This document shows, one piece after another, positions 19,703 to 28,614 of a DNA stretch of 64,000 nt (position 1 is its first letter; each line of letters begins with the position of its first letter). Under the pieces are notes generated by a model. The model was not told where the DNA came from. It saw only the letters and a program-made list of their open reading frames with translations, and did no database searches. Origin of the DNA: Alphaproteobacteria bacterium (GTDB lineage Bacteria > Pseudomonadota > Alphaproteobacteria > GCA-2731375); the NCBI GenBank assembly GCA_965225945.1, contig CBDDBZ010000038.1, positions 384,001-448,000 of the forward strand. The letters are read 5' to 3'. The position numbers were made by a program, and so were the translations under genes.

Positions 19703-21142
19703 ATGAGCGTGGAGCGGCGGCAAGGCGGTGTTTATCAACTGGACCTTTTTGACGAGGCCCTGATGAAGACGCTGCGCCCCGAGGCCTCCGGTGACGGCGG
19801 AACCGGAACTGGACCCTGCGAGGAGCCACAAGCGGTCACGGCGTTGGAACAGCAACGAGCCTTGACGCAAGACCTGATGGAACGGGTGGTGAGTTCAGCC
19901 AACCTGAGCCAAGCCTACAGGCGGGTGAAGGCGAATAAGGGGTCGGCGGGGGTGGATGGGATGACCATCCTAGACCTACGGCCCTGGCTCGCCGATCACA
20001 AGGATACGCTGGTGGCGCAGTTGGCCCGAGGCGGTTATCGGCCACAACCGGTGAAGGGGGTCTCGATTCCCAAGCCGGGGGGCGGGATGCGGCAATTGGG
20101 CATCCCGACGGTGCTGGACCGTCTGGTTCAGCAAGCCATCCTGCAAGTCCTTCAGCCAATTCTCGATCCGGCTTTCTCGGGTTCGAGTTTTGGCTTCCGT
20201 CCGGGACGGAGCGCCCACGATGCTCTGGCCCAAGCAGGCAAATACGTCGCCGAAGGCCACGGGATCGTGGTCGACCTGGATTTGGAGACGTTCTTCGACC
20301 GGGTCAAGCACGACATTCTGATGTCCCGACTGGCTGGGCGCATTGGCGACAAGCGCCTGCTGCGCATCATCCGGCGTTTCCTGCAAGCGGGGATGATGCA
20401 AGCCGGCGTCTGCATCCGGCGCCATGAGGGTACGCCGCAAGGCGGCCCGCTGTCGCCGCTGCTGGCCAATCTTCTACTGGACGACCTGGACCAGATGCTG
20501 GAGGCGCGGGGCCATCGCTTCTGCCGTTACGCCGACGATGTGAACATCTATGTTCGCAGCCAGGCGGCGGGCGAACGGGTGATGGCCTCGGTGGCCAAAT
20601 TCCTCCAAGGCAGGTTGCATCTTCAGATCAACCAGGAGAAAAGTGCCGTCGCTCCGGTCTGGGAACGCAGGTTCCTCGGCCACCGACTTTTGCCGGATGG
20701 ATCGCTCGGCATTGCGCCCCAAAGCCTGCGGCGGGCGAAGCAACGGGTTCGCGAAATCACCCGGCGCAACCGGGGCGTCAGCCTCGCGCGCATGGTCGGC
20801 GAGCTGAACAGCTTCCTCGCCGGTTGGGTGACGTATTTCCGCCATGCCCGTTGCGGGAGACAACTACGGCGTCTCGACGGATGGATCCGCCGAAAACTGC
20901 GCTGTGTCCGGCTCAAGCAATGCAAGCGCACCAAGGCGCAAGCGGATTTTCTGCGAAGCCTTGGGGTGCCCGAATGGCGGGCATGGATCTTGGCTCTCTC
21001 CGGCAAGGGCTGGTGGCGCAAGTCCCTCAGCCCCCAAGCCACCGAGGCCATGACCCTGGCTTGGTTCGACGGCCAGGGGCTCATCCCCCTAGCCGACAGG
21101 TTCCGAGCGTTGCAACTAACCGGAAACCGCCATGGTACGTAG
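19703..21142 (+). CDS. ltrA: Group II intron reverse transcriptase/maturase, no endonuclease domain
   Basis: NKGSAGVDG, RQLGIPTVLDRLVQQA, GFRPGRSAH, GTPQGGPLSP, RYADD, GWVTYF (X domain). Confidence 0.95.
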   Translation: MSVERRQGGVYQLDLFDEALMKTLRPEASGDGGTGTGPCEEPQAVTALEQQRALTQDLMERVVSSANLSQAYRRVKANKGSAGVDGMTILDLRPWLADHKDTLVAQLARGGYRPQPVKGVSIPKPGGGMRQLGIPTVLDRLVQQAILQVLQPILDPAFSGSSFGFRPGRSAHDALAQAGKYVAEGHGIVVDLDLETFFDRVKHDILMSRLAGRIGDKRLLRIIRRFLQAGMMQAGVCIRRHEGTPQGGPLSPLLANLLLDDLDQMLEARGHRFCRYADDVNIYVRSQAAGERVMASVAKFLQGRLHLQINQEKSAVAPVWERRFLGHRLLPDGSLGIAPQSLRRAKQRVREITRRNRGVSLARMVGELNSFLAGWVTYFRHARCGRQLRRLDGWIRRKLRCVRLKQCKRTKAQADFLRSLGVPEWRAWILALSGKGWWRKSLSPQATEAMTLAWFDGQGLIPLADRFRALQLTGNRHGT

Positions 21143-22221
21143 TGTACCGACTCTAACGCCTGTCGCCCACGAGCGACTTTTTCGAGTATGGCGGTGGCGG
21201 AAGCGGTCCATACGAAGGGTTTTGGATCGGCATTGTGGTGCTCGAGGTATTCCTGAATGGCTGTTTCGAGTTCGGCGACGCTCTTGAACACGCCGCAACG
21301 GATTTGATCGCTGGTGATCAGGCCGAAGAAGCGTTCGACCTGGCTGAGCCAGGAGGCGGATGTCGGAGTGAAGTGCATATGGAAGCGAGGATGTTTTGCC
21401 AACCACGCCTTGACCTTGGGATGCTTGTGGGTGGCGTAGTTGTCGGCGATCAGATGCAGGTCGAGCTTCTTGGGCGTCTCGGCGTCGATACGGCGCAGGA
21501 ATTTCAGCCATTCCTGATGGCGGTGCCGCTTCATGCAGTGGCCGATGACCTTGCCGGTGGCGACGTCGAGCGCGGCGAACAATGTCGTCGTGCCGTGGCG
21601 CTTGTAGTCATGCGTCATGGTGCCGGCTCGGCCCTTCTTGATCGGCAAGCCGGGCTGTGTGCGGTCGAGCGCCTGGATCTGGCTCTTCTCGTCGACCGAG
21701 AGAACCAGCGCCTTGTCCGGCGGATCGAGATAGAGACCGACGATATCGCGCACCTTCTCGACGAAGTGCTCGTCATTCGACAGCTTGAAGGTCTTCACCA
21801 GGTGCGGCTTGAGGCCGTGCGCCTTCCAGATCCGCTGCACGCTGGTGTAGCTGAGGCCGACGGCACGGGCCATCTTGCGGATGCTCCAATGCGTCGCCGC
21901 CTCCGGCGTCTCGTGCAAGGTCTTATGCACAACCCGCTCGATCACCTCGGCGCTCAGCGGCGGCTTGCGTCCCGGTCGCGTCGCATCGCGGCGCAGTCCG
22001 GCGATGCCTTTGGCAAGGTAGCGCTCCTGCCAGCGCCACACCGTCACCTTACTTTTGCCGACCAACCGGACGATCGTCATCGTGCCGATCCCGTCAGCCG
22101 ACAGCAACACGATCCGTGCCCGCCAAACCAGCTTCTGCGGCGTGTTCCGCCCAGAAACCAACCCTTCCAGCGTCGCCCGCTCCGCGGGAGACAGCCAGAT
22201 GCATGCCAATGTCTTCGTCAT
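20623..22221 (-). CDS. IS630 transposase copy 2; lacks a stop at the IS end and reads 172 aa into antisense RT sequence
   Basis: First 360 aa match copy 1 except three substitutions; ends CAC-TAC instead of CAC-TAG. Confidence 0.85.
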   Translation of the reverse strand: MTKTLACIWLSPAERATLEGLVSGRNTPQKLVWRARIVLLSADGIGTMTIVRLVGKSKVTVWRWQERYLAKGIAGLRRDATRPGRKPPLSAEVIERVVHKTLHETPEAATHWSIRKMARAVGLSYTSVQRIWKAHGLKPHLVKTFKLSNDEHFVEKVRDIVGLYLDPPDKALVLSVDEKSQIQALDRTQPGLPIKKGRAGTMTHDYKRHGTTTLFAALDVATGKVIGHCMKRHRHQEWLKFLRRIDAETPKKLDLHLIADNYATHKHPKVKAWLAKHPRFHMHFTPTSASWLSQVERFFGLITSDQIRCGVFKSVAELETAIQEYLEHHNADPKPFVWTASATAILEKVARGRQALESVHYVPWRFPVSCNARNLSARGMSPWPSNQARVMASVAWGLRDLRHQPLPERAKIHARHSGTPRLRRKSACALVRLHCLSRTQRSFRRIHPSRRRSCLPQRAWRKYVTQPARKLFSSPTMRARLTPRLRRVISRTRCFARRRLWGAMPSDPSGKSRWPRNLRSQTGATALFSWLI

Positions 22222-22278
22222 TCCCCCAGAATCGCAGAACGCAAGCCCTTTGGGAAACTTTTGTTAGGATCGGAACAG
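21142..22278 (-). mobile_element. IS630 family element, copy 2 (1137 bp, inverted, inside intron domain V)
   Basis: Near-identical to copy 1; TA at 21140-41 and 22279-80. Confidence 0.93.
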
Positions 22279-22408
22279 TAGAACGTATGCCCGGTGGTGT
22301 GGGAGGCGGGAACCGCGAGGAACCCGCCTACCCGATTTCGGCCGGACTCGTCCGGGGCCGCCGATTGCGGCACACTGTCGCCGATCGCCGTTTTCCGAGG
22401 AGAGTCCG

Positions 22409-22897
22409 ATGGACCGACTATTGCCCCTGGCGGAGCAAATCGCGACGCGTCTGAAGGCGCGGGAAGAGACGGTCGCGGTCGCCGAATCCTCGACCGGCGG
22501 CTTGGTCTCGGCGGCGCTGCTGGCGCTTCCCGGCGCGTCGGCCTATTTCCGCGGCGGCGGCGTGATCTATACCGCCCGGGCACGGTGGAGCCTGCTCGAC
22601 GTCACCGCCGAGGACATGGCGGTGGTCGAGCGCGCCTCGACCGAGCCCTATGCCCGGCTGCTGGCGGCCCGGGTCAAGCACAAGCTGGGTTCGACCTGGG
22701 CCCTGGGCGAGACCGGCGCCACGGGGCCGACCGGCAATCGCTACGGCGACGCGCCGGGCCACACCTGCCTCGCGGTCGACGGGCCGGCGAGCTTCTCTCG
22801 AACCCTGGAGACCGGATCGGACGACCGGGCCGAGAACATGCGCCGCTTTGCGCTAGCCTTGCTGGAAGGCTTTCTCGAATGCCTGGATCGCGCCTAG
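22409..22897 (+). CDS. CinA C-terminal/PncC family protein
   Basis: TVAVAESSTGGLVSAAL, PGASAYF.GG, ETGATGPTG. Confidence 0.88.
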   Translation: MDRLLPLAEQIATRLKAREETVAVAESSTGGLVSAALLALPGASAYFRGGGVIYTARARWSLLDVTAEDMAVVERASTEPYARLLAARVKHKLGSTWALGETGATGPTGNRYGDAPGHTCLAVDGPASFSRTLETGSDDRAENMRRFALALLEGFLECLDRA

Positions 22898-23769
22898 GGG
22901 CGGTGGAGGTTCTACCCTCGGGCGATGCCTGCAGCGCCGAAATTCGCGGCGTCGACCTCACGCGGCCGTTGGACGAAGCCACGGCGGCGGCGATCTTGCG
23001 GGCCCTGGTCGCCCACGGCATGGTGGTGTTTCGCGATCAATCGGTCTCGCCGGCGCGACAGGTCGAGCTGACGGCGCTGCTGGGCGAGGTCGACCTCTAC
23101 AGCCTCTCGGAATATTGTCTTGGCGAGCAACCCGAGGTGTTGCTGGTCTCCAACATCCAGGAGGACGGGCGCAACATCGGTCTGGCGGATGCTGGCGCCA
23201 CCTGGCACACCGATTCCTCCTATTTGGCGATTCCGCCCTTCGCGACCCTGCTGCACGCGATCGAGGTGCCGGTCGCGGCCGACGGCCGGGTCCTGGGCGA
23301 TACCCTTTTCACCAGTGCCGCGGCCGCTTACGACGCACTCGACCTGGCGACCAAGGAACGGTTGGAGCATCTGTACGCCGTCCATTCCTCCACGGCCAAG
23401 CATGCCGCGCGGGCCCGCCTCGGCCGTTCCGACCGCAATCCGCCCAAGGCCGAGGAGGCGGCCCGCCTGGCCCCCGTCGCCCACCCGGTGGTGCGCCGCC
23501 ATCCCATATCGGGCCGGCCGGCACTCTACGTTACCGCCGGCGAATGCATCGCCATTCCGGGGATCGACGAGATGGAGGCCTCGGCGTTGATCGACCGGCT
23601 GACGCAACGGATCATCGACCCGATGTTCCACCATCGCCACCAGTGGGAAGCGGGCGATTTCGTCATTTGGGACAACTGCCAGCTACAGCATCTGGCGATC
23701 AAGGACTATGACCTGCCGCTCCGTCGCCTGATGCACCGCACCCAGGTCGAAGGCACGAAGCCGATCTGA
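22879..23769 (+). CDS. TauD/TfdA family 2-oxoglutarate-dependent dioxygenase
   Basis: AEIRGVDL, WHTDSSY, GDTLF, HPVVRRHP, WDNCQLQH. Confidence 0.9.
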   Translation: MPGSRLGAVEVLPSGDACSAEIRGVDLTRPLDEATAAAILRALVAHGMVVFRDQSVSPARQVELTALLGEVDLYSLSEYCLGEQPEVLLVSNIQEDGRNIGLADAGATWHTDSSYLAIPPFATLLHAIEVPVAADGRVLGDTLFTSAAAAYDALDLATKERLEHLYAVHSSTAKHAARARLGRSDRNPPKAEEAARLAPVAHPVVRRHPISGRPALYVTAGECIAIPGIDEMEASALIDRLTQRIIDPMFHHRHQWEAGDFVIWDNCQLQHLAIKDYDLPLRRLMHRTQVEGTKPI

Positions 23770-24012
23770 GGCGCGGGCGTGGCGACGAATAACCCGTTGA
23801 GCCGGGGGAGCTGCGCAGCCGGGACTTATGTCGATGGGTGGAAGCGGTCTGCGTCTGCTTCCTCTTCTCCGACCCCGGTCCGTCTCCCGGGGGGCCTCCA
23901 CCGGGACTTGTGAGGCACCGCTTATACTGCCAAATTGCCGGCGCGCGGCAGGAGCGCGAGTTCCCCGCCGACGCGATAAGCCACGGTACACGATCGGCAC
24001 GGAGACGGGGCG

Positions 24013-25029
24013 GTGGCGGAGGTCCGAAGCCAAGTCACGAGCGGCAATCAGCCGCTGCTCGAGGTCCGCAACCTCAAGGTCGAGTTTCCGACCCGGCGCG
24101 GCGCCCTGGTCGCCGTCGACGATATCTCCTTCCACATCCAGCCGGGCGAGGTCCTGGGCGTGGTCGGCGAATCCGGCGCCGGCAAGTCGCTGACGGGGGC
24201 CGCGATAATCGGCCTGCTGGAGCCGCCGGGGCGGATCGGCGGCGGCGAGATTCTACTGGAGGGCCAGCGCCTCGACACCCTGTCCTACCAGGAAATTCGG
24301 CGGATCCGGGGCCGGCGCATCGGCGCAATCTTCCAGGATCCGTTGACCAGCCTCAATCCGCTCTACACCATCGCCCGCCAGCTCGTGGAGACGATCCGGA
24401 CCCACCTTCCGCTTTCCGAGTAGGCGGCCCGCCGCCGCGCGATCGAGCTGTTGCAAGAGGTCGGCATCCCCAGTGCCGAGGAGCGGATCGACCACTACCC
24501 GCACCAGTTCTCGGGCGGCATGCGCCAGCGGGTGGTGATCGCGCTGGCGCTCTGCGCCGAGCCGCGCCTGGTGATCGCCGACGAACCGACGACGGCGCTC
24601 GACGTCTCGATCCAGGCGCAGATCATCTCTCTGCTGAAACGACTGTGCAAGGAGCACGGCACGGCGGTGATGCTGGTGACCCACGACATGGGCGTGATCG
24701 CCGAGACCGCCGACCGCGTCGCCGTGATGTACGCCGGCCGCATCGCCGAGGTCGGCCCGGTGCAAGAGGTGGTGCGGCGCGGTAAGCATCCCTACACCCA
24801 CGGCCTCATGGGCTCGATCCCCCACGTCGGCCAGGAAGTCGACGAGCTGACCCAGATCGACGGAGCGATGCCCCGGCTCGACGCGATACCGACCGGCTGC
24901 GCCTTCCATCCCCGCTGCGAACGCCGCTTCGATCGTTGCACCCGCGAGCGGCCCGACCTGATTCGGATCGAGGGGGCCGAGGTCGCCTGCCACCTCTACG
25001 ATTCGGCCGGACGGGAGGCTGCCGAATGA
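24013..25029 (+). pseudogene. Peptide ABC transporter ATPase (DppD/OppD-like) with in-frame TAG at 24421-23
   Basis: GESGAGKS, FQDPLTSLNP...HLPLSE*AARRRAIELL...[20 protein letters not shown], all in one frame. Confidence 0.88.
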
Positions 25030-26051
25030 GCGAGAGCGCCCGGACGATGGCCGAGGCCACGGCGCCACTGGTCGACGTCGAGGGGCTGGTGCGCCACTTC
25101 GACGTCTCGCCGCCGCTGCTGAATCGGGTGATCGAGGGCAAGGGGCGCTGTGTGGTGAAGGCGGTGGACGGCATCGATTTCCGCATCGGCCGGGGCGAAA
25201 CCTTCAGCCTCGTGGGCGAGTCGGGTTGCGGCAAGTCGACCGTGGCCCGGCTCGTCGTCGGGCTCTACCAGCCGACGTCGGGCGCCATCCGCTATGACGG
25301 GGTGGAGGTCGCCGGCCGGGCCCACGCCCGGGACCGCCGGCGCATGCAGCCCCGCATGCAGATGATCTTCCAGGACCCCTATGCCTCGCTCAATCCACGC
25401 TGGCGGGTCGCCCGCATCGTCGCCGAGCCGATCCACGCCCGCCGCCTCGTCTCCGGCAAACGCGAGGTCGCGGCGCGGGTCGGCGAACTGCTGCGCCAAG
25501 TGGGGCTCTCGCCGGCCGACGGCGAGAAGTAGCCGCACGAGTTCTCGGGCGGCCAGCGGCAGCGGATCTCGATCGCTCGCGCGCTCGCGGGCGCGCCCGA
25601 ATTCCTGGTCTGCGACGAGCCGACCTCGGCCCTCGACGTTTCGGTGCAGGCGCAGATCCTAAACCTGATGAAGAACTTGCAAGCCGAGCTGGGCCTCACC
25701 TACCTCTTCATCAGCCACGATTTGGCGGTGGTCTATCACGTCTCCACAGTGGTCGGCGTGATGTACCTCGGCCGGCTGGTGGAGTGGGCCGAGACCAAGA
25801 CGCTCTTCTCCGCCCCGCGCCACCCCTATACCCGGATGCTGCTCGACGCTATTCCCGACCTGGAGATGACCGGCCGGTGGCGGACCCCGGTGGCGGGCGA
25901 GGTGCCGAGCCCGATCAACCCGCCACCCGGCTGCCCCTTCCACCCCCGCTGTCCCCACGCCGAGGACCGCTGCCGATCCGAGCCCCCCCGCGCGCGGCCC
26001 GCCGGCGACAGCCAAGTCGCCTGCCACGCGGTGGAGGAAGGGCGGATCTGA
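25026..26051 (+). pseudogene. Peptide ABC transporter ATPase (DppF/OppF-like) with in-frame TAG at 25530-32
   Basis: GESGCGKST...[15 protein letters not shown]...DEPTSALD; TAG replaces the Tyr of the YPHEFSGG motif. Confidence 0.88.
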
Positions 26052-26246
26052 ACCAGCCGCCATGAATGGCGCCTTCCCGGCCGCTCCGAGCGGCTGTCCC
26101 AAAAAGGTGCGTTCCGGCCGGGAAACGTCGATCGTCGGACCTGGTCACGCCGGGGTTCAGGCGACGTCGCGGGCCACCTCGTCGGCGGAGGCGCGGCGGT
26201 CGTGGCGCGGCGAATGGCCGTAGGCCACGCGGTCCCGACCGTCTGT

Positions 26247-26441
26247 TTAGAACCGCTTCGACAACCCAGCGGCCTTAAGAATACCGTTGGCGGTATGGCG
26301 GGATTTTATCTTGCCGTCGACGGTGATGTTTCGGTTGGTGATAGGGCTCCGCTAGATGTCGTGGTCGCCTTTACCGTGGCGGACGAAGTAGCAGCCGTTC
26401 TCGCGTAGTAACTTGCGAACCTCCGGCGCTCAATCACTCAT
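26247..26441 (-). pseudogene. hicA: HicA family toxin with two nonsense codons
   Basis: MSD*APEVRKLLRENGCYFVRHGKGDHDI*RSPITNRNITVDGKIKSRHTANGILKAAGLSKRF; GKGDH motif; TGA at 26430-32, TAG at 26352-54. Confidence 0.85.
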
Positions 26442-26683
26442 CGGTCGCGTAGGCGGATCGTCGAAAATTGGTGCGACATCAGCACCATCGGAATCTCCGA
26501 CAGGGCGTCGTATTCGCTCTCCTGGCCCGCCAGGAGATCCGGGATCATGTTTTCGAGTTTGGCCTGAAGTTCGGGGAGGGTTTCCGCCTCGGTGACGAGG
26601 CCGGGAAGGTCGCTGCTCTCGGCCACCCAGACTTCGGCTTCGCCATCCCATTTGGCATGGACAATGATCGCGGCGTTGCGCAT
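26438..26683 (-). CDS. DUF1902/HicB-like antitoxin
   Basis: WDGEAEVWVAESSDLPGLVTEAETLPEL...IPDLL; overlaps the HicA start by 4 bp. Confidence 0.85.
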   Translation of the reverse strand: MRNAAIIVHAKWDGEAEVWVAESSDLPGLVTEAETLPELQAKLENMIPDLLAGQESEYDALSEIPMVLMSHQFSTIRLRDR

Positions 26684-26776
26684 GACGACAGTCCCCTTGG
26701 GCGCCCTGACCGGCTGTCCCAATTAGGTGCGATCAGGTCGGGAAATGTCAATCGTCGGACCTGGCCACGCCGGGGT

Positions 26777-27784
26777 TCAGGCGACGTCGCGGGCCACCTC
26801 GTCGGCGGAGGCGCGGCGGTCGTGGCGCGGCGAATGGCCGTAGGCCGCGCGGTAGAGCTGGCTGAAATAGGTCGGCGAAGAAAAGCCGCAGGCGAAGGCG
26901 ATTTCGGCGATGCGGAGGTTCGTCTGCTCCACCAAGCGCCGCGCCGTCTTCAGCCGGATGCTCATGTAATAGTGCCCGAGCGTGGTGCCGAGATGGCGGC
27001 GGAACAATCGTTCCAACTGGCGTTTGGAGAGGCCGACCGCCAACGCCAGTTCCGGCGGGCGAAGCGGCACTTCGACGTTGGAATCCATCAGCGCCACGCA
27101 TTTCACCAGCTTCGGATGGACCGAGCCGAGCCGGTTCGCCAAGGCCATCCGCTGCGGTTCGGTCGGCGCGCGCACCCGCTCCAAGACGAAGACATCGGAA
27201 ATCTCGGCCGCCAGATCCCAACCGTGCTCCTCGGCGATCAAGGCGAGCGTCATGTCGAGCCCCGCCGTCCCGCCGGCGGCCGAGAAGCGCTTGCCCTCCA
27301 ACTGATAGAGATCGGTGGTGGCCTCGATCTCGGGAAACGCCTCCAGAAAATCGGGCAGGATCTCCCAGTGCATGGTGCATTGGTGGCCCTGCATCAGGCC
27401 CGCCCGCGCCAGTACGAAGGCGCCGGTACAGAGCCCGCCGAGCTTCGCGCCGTGTCGCGCCAGGCGGCGGAGCCAGGCGAAGACCGCCGGCTCCCAGTAA
27501 GGCGCCGGTTCGAACGGACCGATCACCATCACGGTGTCGTAGGGACCGGCGTCCCGGATCGATCGGTCCGCGGCTTGCGCCATGCCGTTGCTGGCCTCGA
27601 CCGGATTGCCGTCGACGCTCACCACCTCCCAACCATAGAGCGGTCGCTCGCGCAGCCTGTTCGAAGCGCGCAAGGCCTCGATCGCCGAGACGAAGGCCAG
27701 CATGGAAAACGTCGGTGCCAGGAAAAAGCCTACCCGCCGCTCGGTCTCGCCGGCGAAGACTCCATGCCGCTCTGCCGCCGTCAT
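26777..27784 (-). CDS. GlxA family AraC regulator (DJ-1/PfpI + HTH)
   Basis: FSMLAFVSAIEALRASN, LCTGAFVLARAGL, HWE, SKRQLERLF, IAFACGFSS. Confidence 0.92.
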   Translation of the reverse strand: MTAAERHGVFAGETERRVGFFLAPTFSMLAFVSAIEALRASNRLRERPLYGWEVVSVDGNPVEASNGMAQAADRSIRDAGPYDTVMVIGPFEPAPYWEPAVFAWLRRLARHGAKLGGLCTGAFVLARAGLMQGHQCTMHWEILPDFLEAFPEIEATTDLYQLEGKRFSAAGGTAGLDMTLALIAEEHGWDLAAEISDVFVLERVRAPTEPQRMALANRLGSVHPKLVKCVALMDSNVEVPLRPPELALAVGLSKRQLERLFRRHLGTTLGHYYMSIRLKTARRLVEQTNLRIAEIAFACGFSSPTYFSQLYRAAYGHSPRHDRRASADEVARDVA

Positions 27785-27927
27785 GTCGCCACCCACCTGT
27801 CGACAGTCTCCGGGACAACCGATTTCGGCAAGTCCGAATCGCGTGCTACAGGCGACGCTATCCCGCTTCAACGGCCCGCGCCAGTCAAATTTACGGCGTC
27901 GAATAGGGGCGCCGCCATGGCGCGGTC

Positions 27928-28614
27928 TCAGCGCCGTCGATACTGCGCGTTGCCGAACAGATTGGACCAACTCTCCTTGGTGAAGGTGCCCGCCTTGTCT
28001 TCCAGCCTGGCCATGTCGCGGGCCACGGCGGGGCGCGCGGAAACCTGGTCGAACCAGCGCCGGGCGTTGGGGAAGTCGTCCAGGTTCTGGCCCTGCCGGG
28101 CGTGCAGGCGGCACCAGGGGAAGATCGCCATGTCGGCGATGGAATACTCACCCGCGACGAACTCATGGTCGGCCAAGCGGCGGTCGAGCACGCCGTAGAG
28201 CCTTCCTGCCTCCTTGGTGTAGCGATTCATGGCGTATTCGATGCGATCGGGCGCATATTTGTTGAAGTGATGCGCCTGGCCCAGCATCGGCCCGAAGCCG
28301 CCCATCTGCCAGAACAGCCATTCGAGCGTCGTCAGGCGGGCCCGGGCCTCGCTCGGCAGGAAGCGTCCGGTCTTCTCCGCCAGGTAGAGCAGGATCATGC
28401 CGGATTCGAAGACGCTGATCGACTTGCCGTCGGGCCCGTCGGAATCGACGATCGCCGGGATCTTGTTGTTGGGGCTGATGGCGAGAAATTCCGGCGTGAA
28501 CTGGTCGCCCTTGCCGATGTCGAGGAAATGCTCGCGGTATTCGAGGCCGCATTCCTCCACCATGATGTGGATCTTCTGGCCGTTCGGCGTCGCCGCCGTG
28601 TAGAGGTCGATCAT
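27928..28614 (-). CDS. Glutathione S-transferase, YfcG-like
   Basis: TPNGQK, ISPNNKIPAIVD, FESG, GPMLGQAHHF. Confidence 0.92.
   Translation of the reverse strand: MIDLYTAATPNGQKIHIMVEECGLEYREHFLDIGKGDQFTPEFLAISPNNKIPAIVDSDGPDGKSISVFESGMILLYLAEKTGRFLPSEARARLTTLEWLFWQMGGFGPMLGQAHHFNKYAPDRIEYAMNRYTKEAGRLYGVLDRRLADHEFVAGEYSIADMAIFPWCRLHARQGQNLDDFPNARRWFDQVSARPAVARDMARLEDKAGTFTKESWSNLFGNAQYRRR

Larger units (their letters stand above)
16694..22336 (+). mobile_element. Group IIC intron (about 1.9 kb once the three IS are removed)
   Basis: 5' GTGTGCCTGGCATGG directly after a terminator; domain V aaccgccatggtacgTA|gaacgtatgcccggtggtgtgggagg; domain VI ending ctacccgAT; encodes an RT. Confidence 0.9.
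26091..26853. repeat. 143-bp imperfect direct repeat (26091-26233 and 26711-26853) flanking a toxin-antitoxin cassette
   Basis: cggctgtccc...atcgtcggacctgg...ggcgaatggccgtaggcc.cgcggt occurs twice, period 620 bp; includes the 3' end of the AraC gene. Confidence 0.92.

Noticed and set aside
19703-21142. RT as a retron, DGR or defence RT
   Set aside because: It has the maturase X domain and recognisable IIC intron ends and domains V/VI
23770-24010. Intergenic region with repeated ccgggactt and GC hairpins as a possible sRNA, riboswitch or tRNA
   Set aside because: No cloverleaf or known RNA motif recognisable by eye; needs an Rfam search
24421-26432. Genome-wide stop-codon reassignment
   Set aside because: In-frame TAGs align to different residues (Tyr, Trp, a variable site), and TAG and TGA terminate many normal genes here
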